From NCBI RefSeq assembly GCF_006345805.1, contig NC_042999.1:120776001-120840000 (forward strand): a stretch of 64,000 bases of DNA, read 5' to 3'. Shown here piece after piece: positions 51,011 to 64,000 of this stretch. The notes beneath the pieces were generated by a model, which ran no database searches, was not told the DNA's origin, and saw only the letters and a program-made list of their open reading frames with translations. Origin of the DNA: Octopus sinensis (taxonomy: Eukaryota). The translations under genes and the position numbers were made by a program. Numbering within the stretch: position 1 is the stretch's first letter; each line of letters starts with the position of its first letter.

Positions 51011-53339
51011 TAATCATACCTTTGAGAATGGATCAGCTGTTGACAGCATGGATCAGCTGTTGAAATAAAGGACGGGGCAATTCATTCTTCAAAAATTCTA
51101 CCGGTGATGTTCCTGGAATGACAGTCTTCGAGACCCTGTTATTTCTATCGTCATATTTTCAAAATATTAAATGTAGAAAGTCTTAAAGTACTTACTTCTT
51201 CATAACACTAGTATAGCAGCTTGTCAAACAATCTCACTAGTTGTATTTCTACTCCTATGACCGACCTTAGTTCTGCAATGCTACTCTTTGTGCGTTTCGT
51301 AAAGCACTGCTAGTCTAAACAACACAGAATTGAATTTGCTAGTTCAGTCTTCTTACAGACTGTACAGTATATGCAACTTTTCATACCATGGCCAAGGAAC
51401 ATTTACCCTAATGTCAATAAAGCTGCTTAGATCTATGGGGAATGGGTGTACACTGCAGTAATAATTCAAACGGCATAATGTATGTCACGTGAAATTTCAT
51501 GAATACTCCAAAGCAAATACATATAATAATACAAATAATAGTTATCAAATTTAATTTGTATGCGTCTAAAACATTTAAACTCTCCCAGGAATTCAGAAAC
51601 GTTTATCATTGTATCAGGATATTACTTATTAAAGGAGACATTCTTTCATTGCAACATGACCGTCATATTTCAACTAAATACTAGTGCACTGTAAAAGCCA
51701 ACTCGAACATTAAAGAAAATTAATGCCAGCAAGCAAAATTGTTTTGTGATATCTGTTTGCATTACTAACGATTCACCTTCAGTATACATATATTTAGTAT
51801 GTATACATATGTTGAGTATATATACATTCAAATATGTATGAGTGTATGTATACATGCATATAATCTCTTTGTTACTGACGTTTTCGATTTTATTTTGGAT
51901 AGCCGTAGGCTCTGTTATGAGGTAACATGGAAATGATATACAATCGAGTGCATCTCTACTTGTTTATATTCCTTCTTCAATATCATTTCCTTTTTAAATA
52001 TTAAGATCTTGTCGATTTTGCCGATTTTGATTGTCCCTAATATCAGAAAATTGTGTAGTGCATCAATTCAAGAATTTAAATTCGATAATACTTTGATCTA
52101 AGAGGGCTAAATATATGCTTTCCTTCCAATAATAATGGATTTAAAGTTGCAGCTGTAATGTTGGTCCTTTATTAGCAAATTCACTAATGGGCCATAGATG
52201 TTTTCTTTCTCCTCTAATTTTATTACCACGTTGTTTTAAAATGGGCGTGTGTTTTTATTTGGTTGCTTGTTTTATTTTCAGGTTCTAATATTATTTCGAT
52301 CCATTATATTCAATGCGCTTCTTTTCATTGGTTGTTGTTGTTGTTGTTATTTCTTACTCCATTAATGTATTCCTGATCGACCTGATGGCCAAGCACGCAT
52401 TATCGAAAGATGATATCTTGTAGACATGTGGTTAATGTTTACAGTTTGGTTTTTGAATATTCAGCTGGTTCTTGTTGTCTTTTGAGTATAAGGTAGAGTA
52501 TTTTATTTCTTCAAGATGCCCTTAAGGATAAAATACTTTAAACCGTAATTACACAGTTTATCCCTTCTATGCTTTGTGTTTTTTAAGTACCTATGCCCAT
52601 CCTTCTCAGCAAACTGGCCTAGATGTTTTTATTTATTTTTTTTTGTGTTATGTTATTCATTGGGATGTGACCAGAGGGAGCTTACAAAACATTTTTCTTC
52701 ATATGTTCACTCTTACTAATAATGATTCGTGCTCGCAAGCTTGAGCGAGATGTTTGCTGAAAAGTTTTCACTACTGGAAATGTGGCTTCAGTGTTACAAC
52801 TGTTTATTATATTTTTGTAATATTATTGCAATATTATTGCTGATTTAATGCCGCGGTTCTCCACTTCCTTGTGGGAGAAACATAATTTGTCTAGCTTCCC
52901 AATAATCTCAACATGTCCGAAATTGAGCTATTTGTGTGTCTTTAGCACTCAATCTCGCTACGTTCTTGTATAGACCAGTACAGAGAAATAAGTGCAGGCA
53001 CTAAAATGCGTTGTGAGGTGTATGTTTGTTGAATTTTTGTTGAACGTATTTTTTCAAATATTTCTCATTTTTTCAGATAGCTTGTTCTTTTAGCGGAGTA
53101 TCTTTTACAAATAATGTGCTATATTGAAGACACGACAGATGAATTTGAGTAAATTTATAATTAAATTTTCAGATCATGTTTTTGATTACGTATTTAAGAC
53201 TTTAACGTTACAACTCTTGTCTTCAAATTGCCTTTCTCATTTTTCTGCCAGATAAAATGATTCGTTTTTTTACGATTTATCTTAATATTTTTTTTATCAA
53301 CAATTCCTTTGTAACAAGTCAATGAATAATATAACCCCC

Positions 53340-54130
53340 TTCATTTTTCCCGATCTCTTGCCAGTGCCTTGAGAGAATCATCGAATCTTGACACGAGGAA
53401 TTTATGAAGCCACGTTTTCAGCTTAAATGCTGATAATCTAAAGGCTCTGTATCAGAAGAATGCGGTGTCTGCGGTAGAACTTCCTACCCGAACTCTTGAA
53501 TAGCATTTTGTTTTTGTCAAATTAGCGACGTGGAGGCGAACCATGCAGAAGAAATATGCCAAATCATCAGTTGGGTCGTTTCATATAGATTGATTCGTTG
53601 AACCGGTAGAGTTTCTAAACGTAAAAGCTCTGCATTGATCGGCTGGTTGATTTCAAACACTTTGTTGCAAATTAGCTCTTCCTAATCCCACCAAACGCAG
53701 ACCATTGTCTTACGTGGAGGTTGCTCTAGCCTGGTTGCTTGCTTGTGGGAACCCAAGCATTCTTACGTCTGCCTCATAATGATGCAAATTCAGAATATTT
53801 TTACACCGATGACGATCGTTGTGGTAAAGGAATGTCTTTTTGTGTTCACTAGTAGCCTGGGGTCGAGCAAATAATGCAGCAGCGATAGTGGAGCGTTCAG
53901 AGCGTATAGCATATACGCACCAATCTTTTGGACCTTATCCGTCGAGAGAATATTAAATTCGACGCCATCCTGAGGGATTCTGCTGAGCTAATTCTCTAGG
54001 GAATTGGCGCGGATACTCGTCGATGGTTTGGTTCAAACTATCCTCATTAAACTGAACAGGTCGATAGGAACGCGAAGAGTCTGTGAGATACAATTTCCTC
54101 CTTGACATGACAAGCATTTCTGTGCAGTTC
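53340..54130 (-). mobile_element. Third mariner remnant, strongly decayed
   Basis: FNEDSLNQTIDEYPRQFPRELA and KTMVCVWWD in the minus translation. Confidence 0.75.
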
Positions 54131-54779
54131 ATTTAGTAATAGTGTGGTTTTAGTTTTTGTAAGCGGCACAAATATCTCGATCGATTTGATAGCTTTAGTG
54201 TTAGTTTGTTAGCAAATGAAGCAAGCGTCGAAAATGCTTAGTCTGTTTTTTTTTTCTACTCAGCAATTTATCATTATATGTCTGAAAAAAAGTAAAATCT
54301 ATGTAATGTTCAAAAGCGATAAACAAAGGACGTGGAGGAAGGAGAGAACTGCAAAAAATAAACACGATAAAAATGTTCTTCGTGTTAATTCTAACAATAT
54401 TTAAGAATTTAAATGACAACCCAATATATATTTTTGATGTTTTGTGAGCGTATGATCTCTGCTACTTTGCACAACTTCAAGAATTTGTAAAATGTCTTTT
54501 CGTACAAATAAAATATTAATTTATGAGTAACACACCACCTCGTTTAAGGATGTGCGATCGATTGTATAACTTCAGTATTGTTTCACTTCCTTGCACCTGA
54601 GTTAAAAACGTGATTACTGATACATACGATTAAACAAATCACTGACTCTTGTATTACTTTCATACCCCTGCTTACTTTTGAGCTAATGTCTTGCATCTAG
54701 ACGAGAATGTAATTTTTATCTTGTTTTAATGAGCTATATTGCAAGGTAATGCATTTTATCTGCCATAATATTTCATCAT

Positions 54780-54980
54780 GATTATAATCATTATCATTAT
54801 CATCATCAGCATCATCAGCGTCACCAACATCAGCATCACCAACATCAGCATCACCAACATCAGCATCACCAACATCAGCATCACCAACATCAGCATCACC
54901 AACATCAGCATCACCAACATCAGCATCACCAACATCAGCATCACCAACATCAGCATCACCAACATCATCATCACCACCAC

Positions 54981-55017
<37 letters not shown>
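54780..55017. repeat. 15-bp minisatellite (catcaccaacatcag)n followed by (TTA)n
   Basis: Directly visible. Confidence 0.95.
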
Positions 55018-58000
55018 GAGTAGTCATATTTTTATCACGTTTACACCTCACTACCAAGCGGAATTCTGTGTGCTTTGGGTATGTTCGTTGTGGTCCTCTA
55101 TATTTTCACTGTATTGAAATAGTATTACGTAGGATGTGTGCAGTGCCTAGTAGTGATATTTTCTCTATGTTATATATACTTGTAAGTCCTTGTGTTTTTG
55201 TTATGCATTTCTATGAATGTTTTTATTATACCTATTGAGGTTACTATGATAGGAATTGTTTCTGTTTTTAGACTCCACATTCGAGTTACTTCTACTTCCA
55301 GATCTTTGTATTTTGCTGTTGTTATTGTTACTGTTATTATTATTATTATTTATTATTACTTTTTTTTTTCTTCTTTCAAATTTTCTTCCATTTCTTGCCG
55401 AGTGTCTTCCCGACTCCTAGGGCAAAGAAACTCATAGTGTATATTGGTAGGCCATTAAACCAAACTCAGTAGTTCGTTCATTTTTTTTTTATTTTTTAAT
55501 TTTTTTTTTTAAGTTAAATTAAAATACATGAGCAGCAACAGTTCTCACATCGACAATGCTCTTCTCAATACGTGTGATGTACCAGTTAAGACAATCTTTT
55601 GCACTTCTTGCAGGGATGGTAAGCCAGGGATCATTCTCATATAATTTTCGGTTCCCTTCTTGATCATTCCTAGTGCTCCTACGATCACTGGTATTGTAAC
55701 CGCCTTGAGATGCCACATTTTCTCAATTTCAATGAGTAGGTCTTTATATTTTCTGAGCTTGTCAAACTCTTTCGCTGAGATATTATGATCACAGGGGATG
55801 CTCATGTCGATCAATAAGCAAACTTTATTGTTTTGGTCTTTCACAACAATATCTGGTTTATTGCCTTGATGGTTCGGTCTGTATGTACTGGAAAGTCCCA
55901 CAGAATGGTTACATTTTCTCCTTCAGTTACAGCCTCAGGGTGGTGATTATACCACTTGTCGGCAGTTTTGATATTGTAATGCCGACTTATTAGCCAGTGG
56001 AGATATTGGCCAACTCTGTCATGTCTTAATTTATACTCCACTGGTGCTGAAACTTTACATCCAGAGATTAGGTGGTCCACTGTTTCAATCATGTCGTTGC
56101 AGAATCGGCATTTTGGGTCTGTTCCATTTTTCATCACATTGGCCTGGTAGTTCCGGGTTAATAGGCTTTGGTCTTGAGCAGCCAGGATGAAACCTTCGCT
56201 CTCTGCTTTTAGCCCTGAGCTCCGCAGCCACTGATGGGTTTGCTTCTGGTCAACATAATCTTGTTTGCTGCGGGTCACATATTTGCCGTGCAGAGGTTTC
56301 TCCTCCCACCTATCAGCCAATTGCTCGTGCGCTTTTTTCATTGCCATCATTTTCACCTTCTTTGCAACAATAGTTGCCGTACTTCCCTCGGGTTGTTCAG
56401 TTTGGGTATCCTGCACGAGATCAATAGCAAATTTTTTGCTTTCCTTGATGATAGAATGAAGCTTCTTTCGTCTCTCGTGATTTTCCACGAGCTTTAGCAT
56501 CCAGTCATTCGATATTTCGAGATATTTGGCCAGTCCAATTGTGGTTGTTTTGTAAGCTAGTTCAAATTGGATCAGGCCTCGACCTCCTTGGGCTCTGGGA
56601 AGGTAAAGGCGATCTACGTCTGCCTTTGGGTGGTGCATCCTATTACAACTCAGCAGCTTGCGTATTTTTCTATCTATATTCTTTACTTCACTCATATTCC
56701 AGTTCAACACATTGTAGCTATAAGTAACAACTGGAACTGCTAAGGAATTTATAGCTAACACCTTGTTACGTGCATTTAGTTCAGATTTCAGGACTGCACG
56801 AACTCTCCTATAACATTCCTTCCTGATTTTCTCTTTCATGCTTGCATGCTGAATACCAGAGCCTTCATTTATCCCTAAATATTTGTATGTCTGTTCTTGC
56901 TCAAGCTCTCTTATGACTGTGTCAACATCTAACACGACTGAATTTGTGGTCTTCACTTTCCCTTTCTGGAAAGTGGCCTTGGCACACTTCTCAAGTCCAA
57001 ACTCCATCCCGATGTCATCGCTGAATGCTTTCACGGTGCGCAATAGGCCTTCAAGTTCATTATTGTCTTTACCATAAAGTTTTAAGTCATCCATATAAAA
57101 TAGATGGCTTATTTTTTTATTGGCAATTTTATACCCATACCCTGTTCTGTTTAATTCACTTGTAAGGGGTATTAGGGCTATGCAGAATATTAAAGGTGAA
57201 AGTGAGTCACCTTGAAAAATTCCACAGTTGATGTTTATATTTTCTGAGGCAAGTACTCCATTAGAGTGGTATAATTGGAGATTCGTATTCCACAACGACA
57301 TATTGTGCTTCAGGAAGTTTGAAATCACAGGGGAAATTTTAAAGATGTCCAGCGATCTCAAGATCCATGGATGCGGTATACTGTCGAAGGCCTTTTTATA
57401 GTCAATCCATGCGGTGCTGAGATTTCTGCGCTTGTTGTGACAGTTCTCAAGGATCATACGATTGATTAGCAGTTGATCTTTGCATCCGTAAGAGCCTCGG
57501 TGGCACCCTTTTTGTTCAATGGGGAAAATATCGTTCTTCTCCATGAATGCATATGTTTTCTCCGCCAGGATAGATGTTAGGATTTTATACGTGGTGGATA
57601 GACAGGTTATAGGCCGATAGTTTTTTGGAAGGTTGGTTTCGTTATTCTTTGGGAGTAGGTAAGTAATGCCACTTGCTAACCATTCAGGTGTTTTCTTTGG
57701 GTCTCTCAAAATTCCATTGAGCAGCTGAACTAGCTTACCGTGTGCGCACGGGAGCGATGCGAGCCAGAAATTCGGCACCCTATCTTTACCGGGGGATTTC
57801 CAATTATGGGCCTTCGTGAGTGCCTTTCTTAGGTCTGCTATTGTGATGTCTTCCCATGCTTGTTGTTGTAAATTTTGGTAGGATCCTTCAGTTTGTAATC
57901 CAGTCTGCATTTATGTTGTACGTCTTCTTGTCACTCCAAATCCTTTCCCAAAAGTTTTGAACTTCTTCCATGGGAGGGGGGTCTTTAACGGTTACTTTCT

Positions 58001-59338
58001 CCTTCCCTATTTCTCTGTAGAATATTTTGGCATTGGATGTGAACAGCTTATTTTGCTTGTAAAACTTGTTTCTCTTCTCAAATCTTCGTATTCTTTGGGC
58101 TTTTGCTTGGACTTTTTGTTTCAGCGTTTCTTTTATTGATATCAGTTCTTCTCTTGGTGAGGATCTAAATTTTCTCTTCATCTTTCTTCCTGTTCTGGAT
58201 CTTACATCATTTCCACATATTAGTTCATTTAATATTGATATTTCCCCTCTCATAAATTCAATCTCTTTTTCAATTTTACTTCTCCAGGTTTGATTTCTTC
58301 CAGGTTTTGTTTTCTTTGTTTTTTCGGGGGCATACAGCTGGTTTCAATTGCCCTAGCAGAAGCGTAAATAATTTCATTTAACTCAGTAAAATCAGGTTTT
58401 AATTCTCGTATTATTTCATTTGTTACATAGTTGCCAATTTGGATTTGTTTTTTATTTGGTTTGTATTTGAGAGTTTATGAAGCGGTTCTCTATCATTCAT
58501 ACTTGTATGTCTTACAACTTCAAGCGTATTCAGGATTTTCTGCCTCATTTCTGCCATAGACTCTCTGTGTTCTTCAGCAAATGCGAGATCTTCAGTTACT
58601 GTTGTTTTTTCGTTTTCCTGGCTATCTTTAACAGGTACAATAGAATTTCTTGTATCTTCAGGCCTTTGCGTACTTTGGTCAGATGGCAGTCTTTCAATTA
58701 AGCCTCGTGGCGGGCTATACTGTTCATCTGATTCTTCATTTCCTTTGTGTCTTATATTTATGTCATTTTCCGTTGCGTGCTTGATCGCACTTATTTCACT
58801 GTCTGTGAGTCTGTTATTTCTAACGATATCCCTCCTCACATTTGCTAATTTGTTCTCATCCAAATAGGGCCTACTGTCTTGATTCCGTGTTCTCCATATA
58901 CTGTAAGAGTTTGCGGTGTGTCTCTCTTGAGATGGCCTACCTAATGCATAGTAATAAGCGTATATTACTTCTTTATACTCTTCTCGGGTCCATTTGTTCC
59001 GCTTACATTTTTCTTTCTGTGGTGGTTCTGGTGGTGAACTTGGAGGGCTCGAGTTGGGGGATTTCCCGTTCAAGTGACCATCCATGTCCGTATTCGGAGA
59101 AGAGTTTGTGCCAGTTGATGACTTTTCGATCCCAGGCTGGCTCTTCCCTGGGGGACGCGCTTCCAGATTAACCATAGGACAAGCGATTTGATATACTGAT
59201 TTAGTTTTCCTTTTAGTTTCCAAAAACATTTTGGTGCTACGATAATGTTATCATTTTTTAGCTTTGATTGGCTCGTGGGGAGACCGCCATCATTGCCGTT
59301 ACAATTATAATCGTACCATTATAGCAGCCGTAGTCGGC
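55018..59338 (-). mobile_element. Near full-length R4/Dong-clade non-LTR retrotransposon (RT + RLE) in TAA repeats
   Basis: 3' end ...gactactc|aataataat at 55018; 5' end follows a TAA-like tract at ~59339; originally a single ORF. Confidence 0.9.
55545..59229 (-). pseudogene. R4/Dong polyprotein (N-terminal KWTREE motif, RT, CCHC, restriction-like endonuclease), frameshifted
   Basis: KWTREEYKEVIYAYY; KSPGKD; NYRPITCL; QKGCHRG; WIDYKKAFDSIPH; HLFYMDDLKLY; CRFC-x8-H-x4-C; NKPDIVV..LIDMSIP..KEFDKLRKY. Split into 4 ORF pieces. Confidence 0.93.
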
Positions 59339-59770
59339 TTATTATTGTTATTATCTTCACCATTACCATCACTATCATCATTATCACCACCATTACCATC
59401 ATCATCATCATCATCACCATCACCATCACCACCATCATCATCAATGATATTGTTTTATGTGTAGTCACAGCAGTATCTTATTATTGTTATTTTTGTTTTT
59501 TTATCATTATCACCATCACAGTAGTGTCTGTCTGTCTCGTTGGCTGGCTTGGTGGTTGGCTGGCTGACTGTCTCAACGCCAGAGTTGTTGGCTGTCAAAT
59601 AATACTTTCATATTTGGTTAACAATAGAGCCGAGGTGAGGTTTGTGTGTATGTGTGTGTGTGTGTAGATAGATAGATAGAATATCAGCACTATTACTATC
59701 TCTTTTTTTTTTTTTTGGGTGGGGTCAAAAAAAGTTCAGATGTTTACTACTATTAGCCTTAAGAAAAATT

Positions 59771-60694
59771 AAGGAAGGGGTGTCCTGTATTGTTTGTGAA
59801 TAGAGAAGTTGTGTTCGACCAGAGAGAATCTTAGCATCATCATTTTTTTCCATGTGCGTTTGTGTTATTGCAATAAAAAGTGTTTGTATATTTCGTGTAA
59901 GGTGATATTGTGGAGGTTGAAGCTGACTTTTCTAGAGATGTTTGTATGTCCAGTTAGAAGAACAGGTGTGTTTTTGCAATAAAAAGTATATGTTTACATT
60001 TATATTTGAATATTCAGGGAGGAAGCAAAGAAAAGTCAGATTTTCATAGAAAGTTTTACGGTTTTGAAAGTCCACAAAAAGAAAAGCGTGATGTTTTTAG
60101 AGAGAAGAAAAAAAAAGGATGTTTACAGAGGCAATTGTGGGTATCAAAGTTTTTAAAGCTGGTCGAATGTATGATTGAAAACTGTAGATATGTAAATTTG
60201 TAAATTTTCTTAACTTATTTTGAAGGCTGTTCTGTATTATTTGTGAATAGAGAAGCTGTGTTCGACCAGAGAGAATCTTAGCATCATTATTTTTTCCATG
60301 TGCGTTTGTGTTATTGCAATAAAAAGTGTTTGTATATTTCGTGCAAGGTAATATTTTGGAGGTTGAAGTTGACCCCTCTAGAGATGTTTGTATGTCCAGT
60401 TAGAAGAACAGGTGTGTTTTTGCAATAAAAAGTATATGTTTACATTTATATTTGAATATTCTGGGAGGAAGCAAAGAAAAGTCAGATATTCATAGAAAGT
60501 TTTAGGGTTTTGCAAGTCTACAAAAAGAAAAAAAGAGAAAAGCGTGATGTTTTTAGAGAGAAGAAAAAAAAAGAAAGAAAGAAAAAAGGGTGCTTACAGA
60601 GGCAGTTGTGGGTATTAAAGTTTTTAAAGCCAATCGGATGTATGTTTGAAAGCTGTAGATACGTAAATTGTAAATTTTCTTAACCCACTTTGAA
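59771..60694. repeat. ~450-bp tandem duplication, 2 copies
   Basis: ~59771-60221 and ~60222-60694 are highly similar (tttgtgaatagagaag... at 59792 and 60241). Confidence 0.9.
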
Positions 60695-60852
60695 GAGAAT
60701 TTCAAATACTCACGAGGTATTGTAGATGTTCCAGTCTTTGAGAGTTATTTTTCCCCGTTGCTAAACTGGCCCATATTAGTGTTTCTATGGCTTTCGGCCA
60801 CCGAACTGTCAGAGCAGTGAGGAACACGTCCAGCCGCTGTCAAGGCTGGTGC

Positions 60853-60911
<59 letters not shown>

Positions 60912-60942
60912 GTTATTATTATTATTGTTATTATTATTATTA

Positions 60943-61010
<68 letters not shown>
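60853..61010. repeat. (TTA)n tract; further tracts at 61464-61513 and 62069-62142
   Basis: Directly visible. Confidence 0.95.
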
Positions 61011-61011
<1 letters not shown>

Positions 61012-61462
61012 GTTTGACTTTTGCTTTACATTTGTACAAGTTGGCCCCAAGTCTCACCCAAAGACCTCAAGAGACAACAGGCTGGAAGTTCATGTTGTTG
61101 TTATGCCTAGTGTGCCATATATTTGGTTTTGTCTGTGGGGAAATATATGACATGGTAGAAGGCCGCAAGAACTTCTTTATTATCTTCTCTAGACCATTTT
61201 TCGTTCTTTTTCTTTTGATTATTTGATGACGAGCATGGATGGCCATCTGCTGGAATATTCCGGATGTGGGGTACGTCCAGCTCCTGTGTGTCGGGAAAAT
61301 TTGAACCAGTAGCTGATTTTTCAATCAGAATTTGGTTCAATTTTCGGGTACGTGGTCTCTTGTAATCCGCTCGATGACCATTGCGGTTTGTAATTTGTTT
61401 TGTTAACATTGAGGCATGGTGTGTTAACAGTGAGGAATGGCCATTTAACAGTGAGGCATAGC

Positions 61463-61463
<1 letters not shown>
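61011..61463 (-). mobile_element. Short internally deleted R4/Dong-like element
   Basis: N-terminal motif KWSREDNKEVLAAFYH runs directly into a non-coding end; (TAA)n on both sides. Confidence 0.65.
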
Positions 61464-61513
<50 letters not shown>

Positions 61514-62068
61514 GAGTGAGAGAGCAGTGCATGCCATCAAAGTGACACTGGGGTAAAATATACGAAGCCCAATATACCCATCATGACTACCCGTCTGATA
61601 AAGATACACCAGGCACATGCATCACAACCATATGTGCGCGACATGGTGATCTCATATCAAGATAAACAGCACATGACCTTGCAGGTGGGGCCCAGTTAGA
61701 ATTTTCTTCAGGTTAAGTAGCCCATCCCGCTCAAAAGGTCCCTGAATAAGGGTTGTTTAAGGATGTTGAAAGAACCACCCATGTTTCCAGAGGTGAACTA
61801 TTCAAACCCCAAAGAATCCCTCTCAACACATGGCTATGATGCTCCCCCACTACTTCTGCTCGTGATCAGAGATGCACATATTGTCAGCCACTAAGGGACA
61901 TGCTCAACTGGTTATGGTCAAACAACTGACAAGCAAATCTGTGGTATTGAGCAGAATATTTGCTGTAGCCCATCTTTTATACCAAGACAAAACAATGTAC
62001 ATGATAACACTTCCAATCAGTTAAGATCAGAAGCCATGAGAGCCACTGCCTGGTACTGCATCAGGGCA
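61514..62068 (-). mobile_element. 555-bp non-coding element inserted in (TAA)n
   Basis: Sharp boundaries, (TTA)n on both sides, GC-richer than its flanks, no ORF; orientation is inferred. Confidence 0.6.
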
Positions 62069-62080
62069 TTATTATTATTA

Positions 62081-62144
<64 letters not shown>

Positions 62145-62149
62145 TTTAA

Positions 62150-64000
62150 TCTGCATCTTTGTTACAGTCACTTACCGAGACACACCCAGTGTCCTGGGAC
62201 GAGTGAAGGATAAGATATGTTACAGTATGATTGAAAGCTTGGAGAGGAGAAGCAGTGAAATATAACACAGACATTTAAATGGATAGGAGTTTTCAAAAGA
62301 TGTGGGCAGTACTTGTTAGTACAATCTTTTGGATTTCTCTAAGATATGGTTTTCCTGGAATATTATCTAGATGTTTCTGACATCCCTTTTTATCATACAT
62401 AGGGCACCTACAATTACAGGGACAGTCCTCGCTTTAAGATGCCACATCGTTTGTATTTCAGTTTCCAGGTCCTTATATTTAGTTAATTTATCAAATTCCT
62501 TTACAGGTTTGTTTTTATCAGTGGGAACACTTACATCTATTAGTTTAGAAATATTTTCTTCCCTGTCTTTAATAATAATGTCTGGTCGATTAGCCTGGAT
62601 CGTTCTGTCAGTCTTGACTGAAAATTCCAGAGGGTAGTGACATTTTTACCTTCAACGACTGGCTCAGGATGATGTTCTTACCAGTAAGCAGAAGTGCTGA
62701 TTTTCTAGTGTTTACATATTTTCCAATGTATATACCCTATCATGGCGATTCTTGCATTCGTTTGGTGTCAGCACAGAACATCCCGAGACACGATGGTCTA
62801 TTGTTTCGTCAAATGTGTCGCAGAATCTGCATTTAGGGTCACAAACGTTTCGAAGAACGTTAGCCTTGCATTTTTTTGTTTGTGAGCAAACTTTGATCTT
62901 GTTCCGCCAATATGAAACTTTCAGTCTCTGCTTTCAGTCCTGAACTTCTCAGCCATTGATGGGTTGTTGCTTGATCCATCAGCATTTCGACTTCGAAGTA
63001 CATACTGTCCATTCAGAAGCTTCTGGCGCCATCGTTCCTCAATTTCCTCTTGGCCATTCTACCTTCTAAGAATTTGAGATGACAGGCGAGGTCTTATATA
63101 TCTCAAGGCCCTTGAGAATCCAATTATGTGGGACACTATTAAACGCTTTTCTGTTGTCTATCCATGACATACTCTAGATATTTTGGTTCTAGCAATTCCC
63201 AACAATCATTTTACTTATGAGTAATTCATCTTTGCACTCATAGGAATTCCTTTTAACGACTTTTTGAGCTTGTGGAAGGATAGATCTCTGTTTAAGGAAA
63301 GCATATATTCTGTCAGTTAATACAGATGTGAAGATTTTGTAGGTGGTGATGACATATTATTATCGGTAGTTCTTTGGATTTTCTTAGTCTTCAGCTTTTG
63401 GTAGAAGGCATGTTGTTCCCTCGGTCAGCCAGGCAGGTATAGGTATTTACTCTGGGTTCTGGATGACATCAGTCAGAGATGCAGCGAAATTTTGGTGTAC
63501 TTCTGTCAGACAATTTAGCGAGAAGTTAGGAATTTGGTTCCAGTCCTGAGGTTTTCCATTTGTGAAACTTCCTAAGAACACAGCTCTTATATTCCTATTG
63601 CTCCCATTTCTGCTCTTCAACTTCATCCAGTCTCACTTTCTCACGCACTATGCAGTCATCTTTAGCATTTTATTCTTTTATTTTATTTTTTATTTTTGCT
63701 CCATATCCTTATCCAGAACTCTCCCATTTTTTCCGTTTTAGTTGGCTCCTTTACGTCTCTATGACTTTTGCCAATTTCCCTAAAAAAATTCTTTGCATCC
63801 ATCTTGAATATCTTGTTTCGTCGATAAAATTTGATTATTTTGTCATACCTTCTAAGCCGTTGGGCTTTCAGTTGTATCTGTTGTTTCAATTGTTCCTTGG
63901 TTGCAGAGAGGTTTATAAAATCTTTCATTTTATATTTTTGTTTGATTTTTCTGGCTCCTTTCGTCATAACATTATTTACTCCTCTAGCAAGTTCATCGAG
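62150..64000 (-). mobile_element. Second, older R4/Dong-clade element with an internal deletion; runs off the window end
   Basis: KAQRLRRY..KIFKMDAKNFFREIG; KAFNSVPHNWI; THQWLRSSGLKAETESFI; TDRTIQANRPDIII; KEFDKLTKYKDL; 3' end abuts (TTA)n. Confidence 0.88.

Noticed and set aside
52700-52820. Possible hAT dimerisation-domain relic
   Set aside because: Resemblance needs several frameshifts; too weak
59230-59338. HDV-like ribozyme in the R4/Dong 5' UTR (also 60780-60852)
   Set aside because: Could not build the P1/P2/P3 nested pseudoknot by eye; needs an RNArobo or Infernal search

Overview
This is AT-rich, microsatellite-saturated eukaryotic DNA. The SINE families and repeat landscape suggest an octopus-like cephalopod (inference). 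No host protein-coding gene can be supported with confidence; almost all interpretable sequence is transposable elements, often nested. These include mariner remnants, CR1-like LINE fragments, tRNA-derived SINEs (CORE-, V- and Nin-type domains), a non-autonomous Helitron, a Merlin-like fragment, Penelope-like (PLE) RT and GIY-YIG fragments, and R4/Dong-clade RLE retrotransposons sitting in (TAA)n tracts. The main result is a hammerhead-ribozyme hotspot at about 6.4-10.6 kb. It holds (i) a non-coding ~533-bp repeat present as two divergent tandem arrays, in which four complete type I hammerheads with an unusually long stem II can be read directly, and (ii) a ~600-bp palindrome carrying two copies of a second, unrelated minimal hammerhead, inserted into a PLE GIY-YIG endonuclease fragment. 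This looks like a retrozyme/PLE system that could produce ~530-nt self-cleaved and possibly circular RNAs. A third, variant hammerhead-like motif lies at ~27.3 kb. The 3' end of the window also holds a short internally deleted R4/Dong derivative and a non-coding 555-bp element that shares the TAA target. All protein and family assignments are by motif recognition; no searches or folding programs were run.
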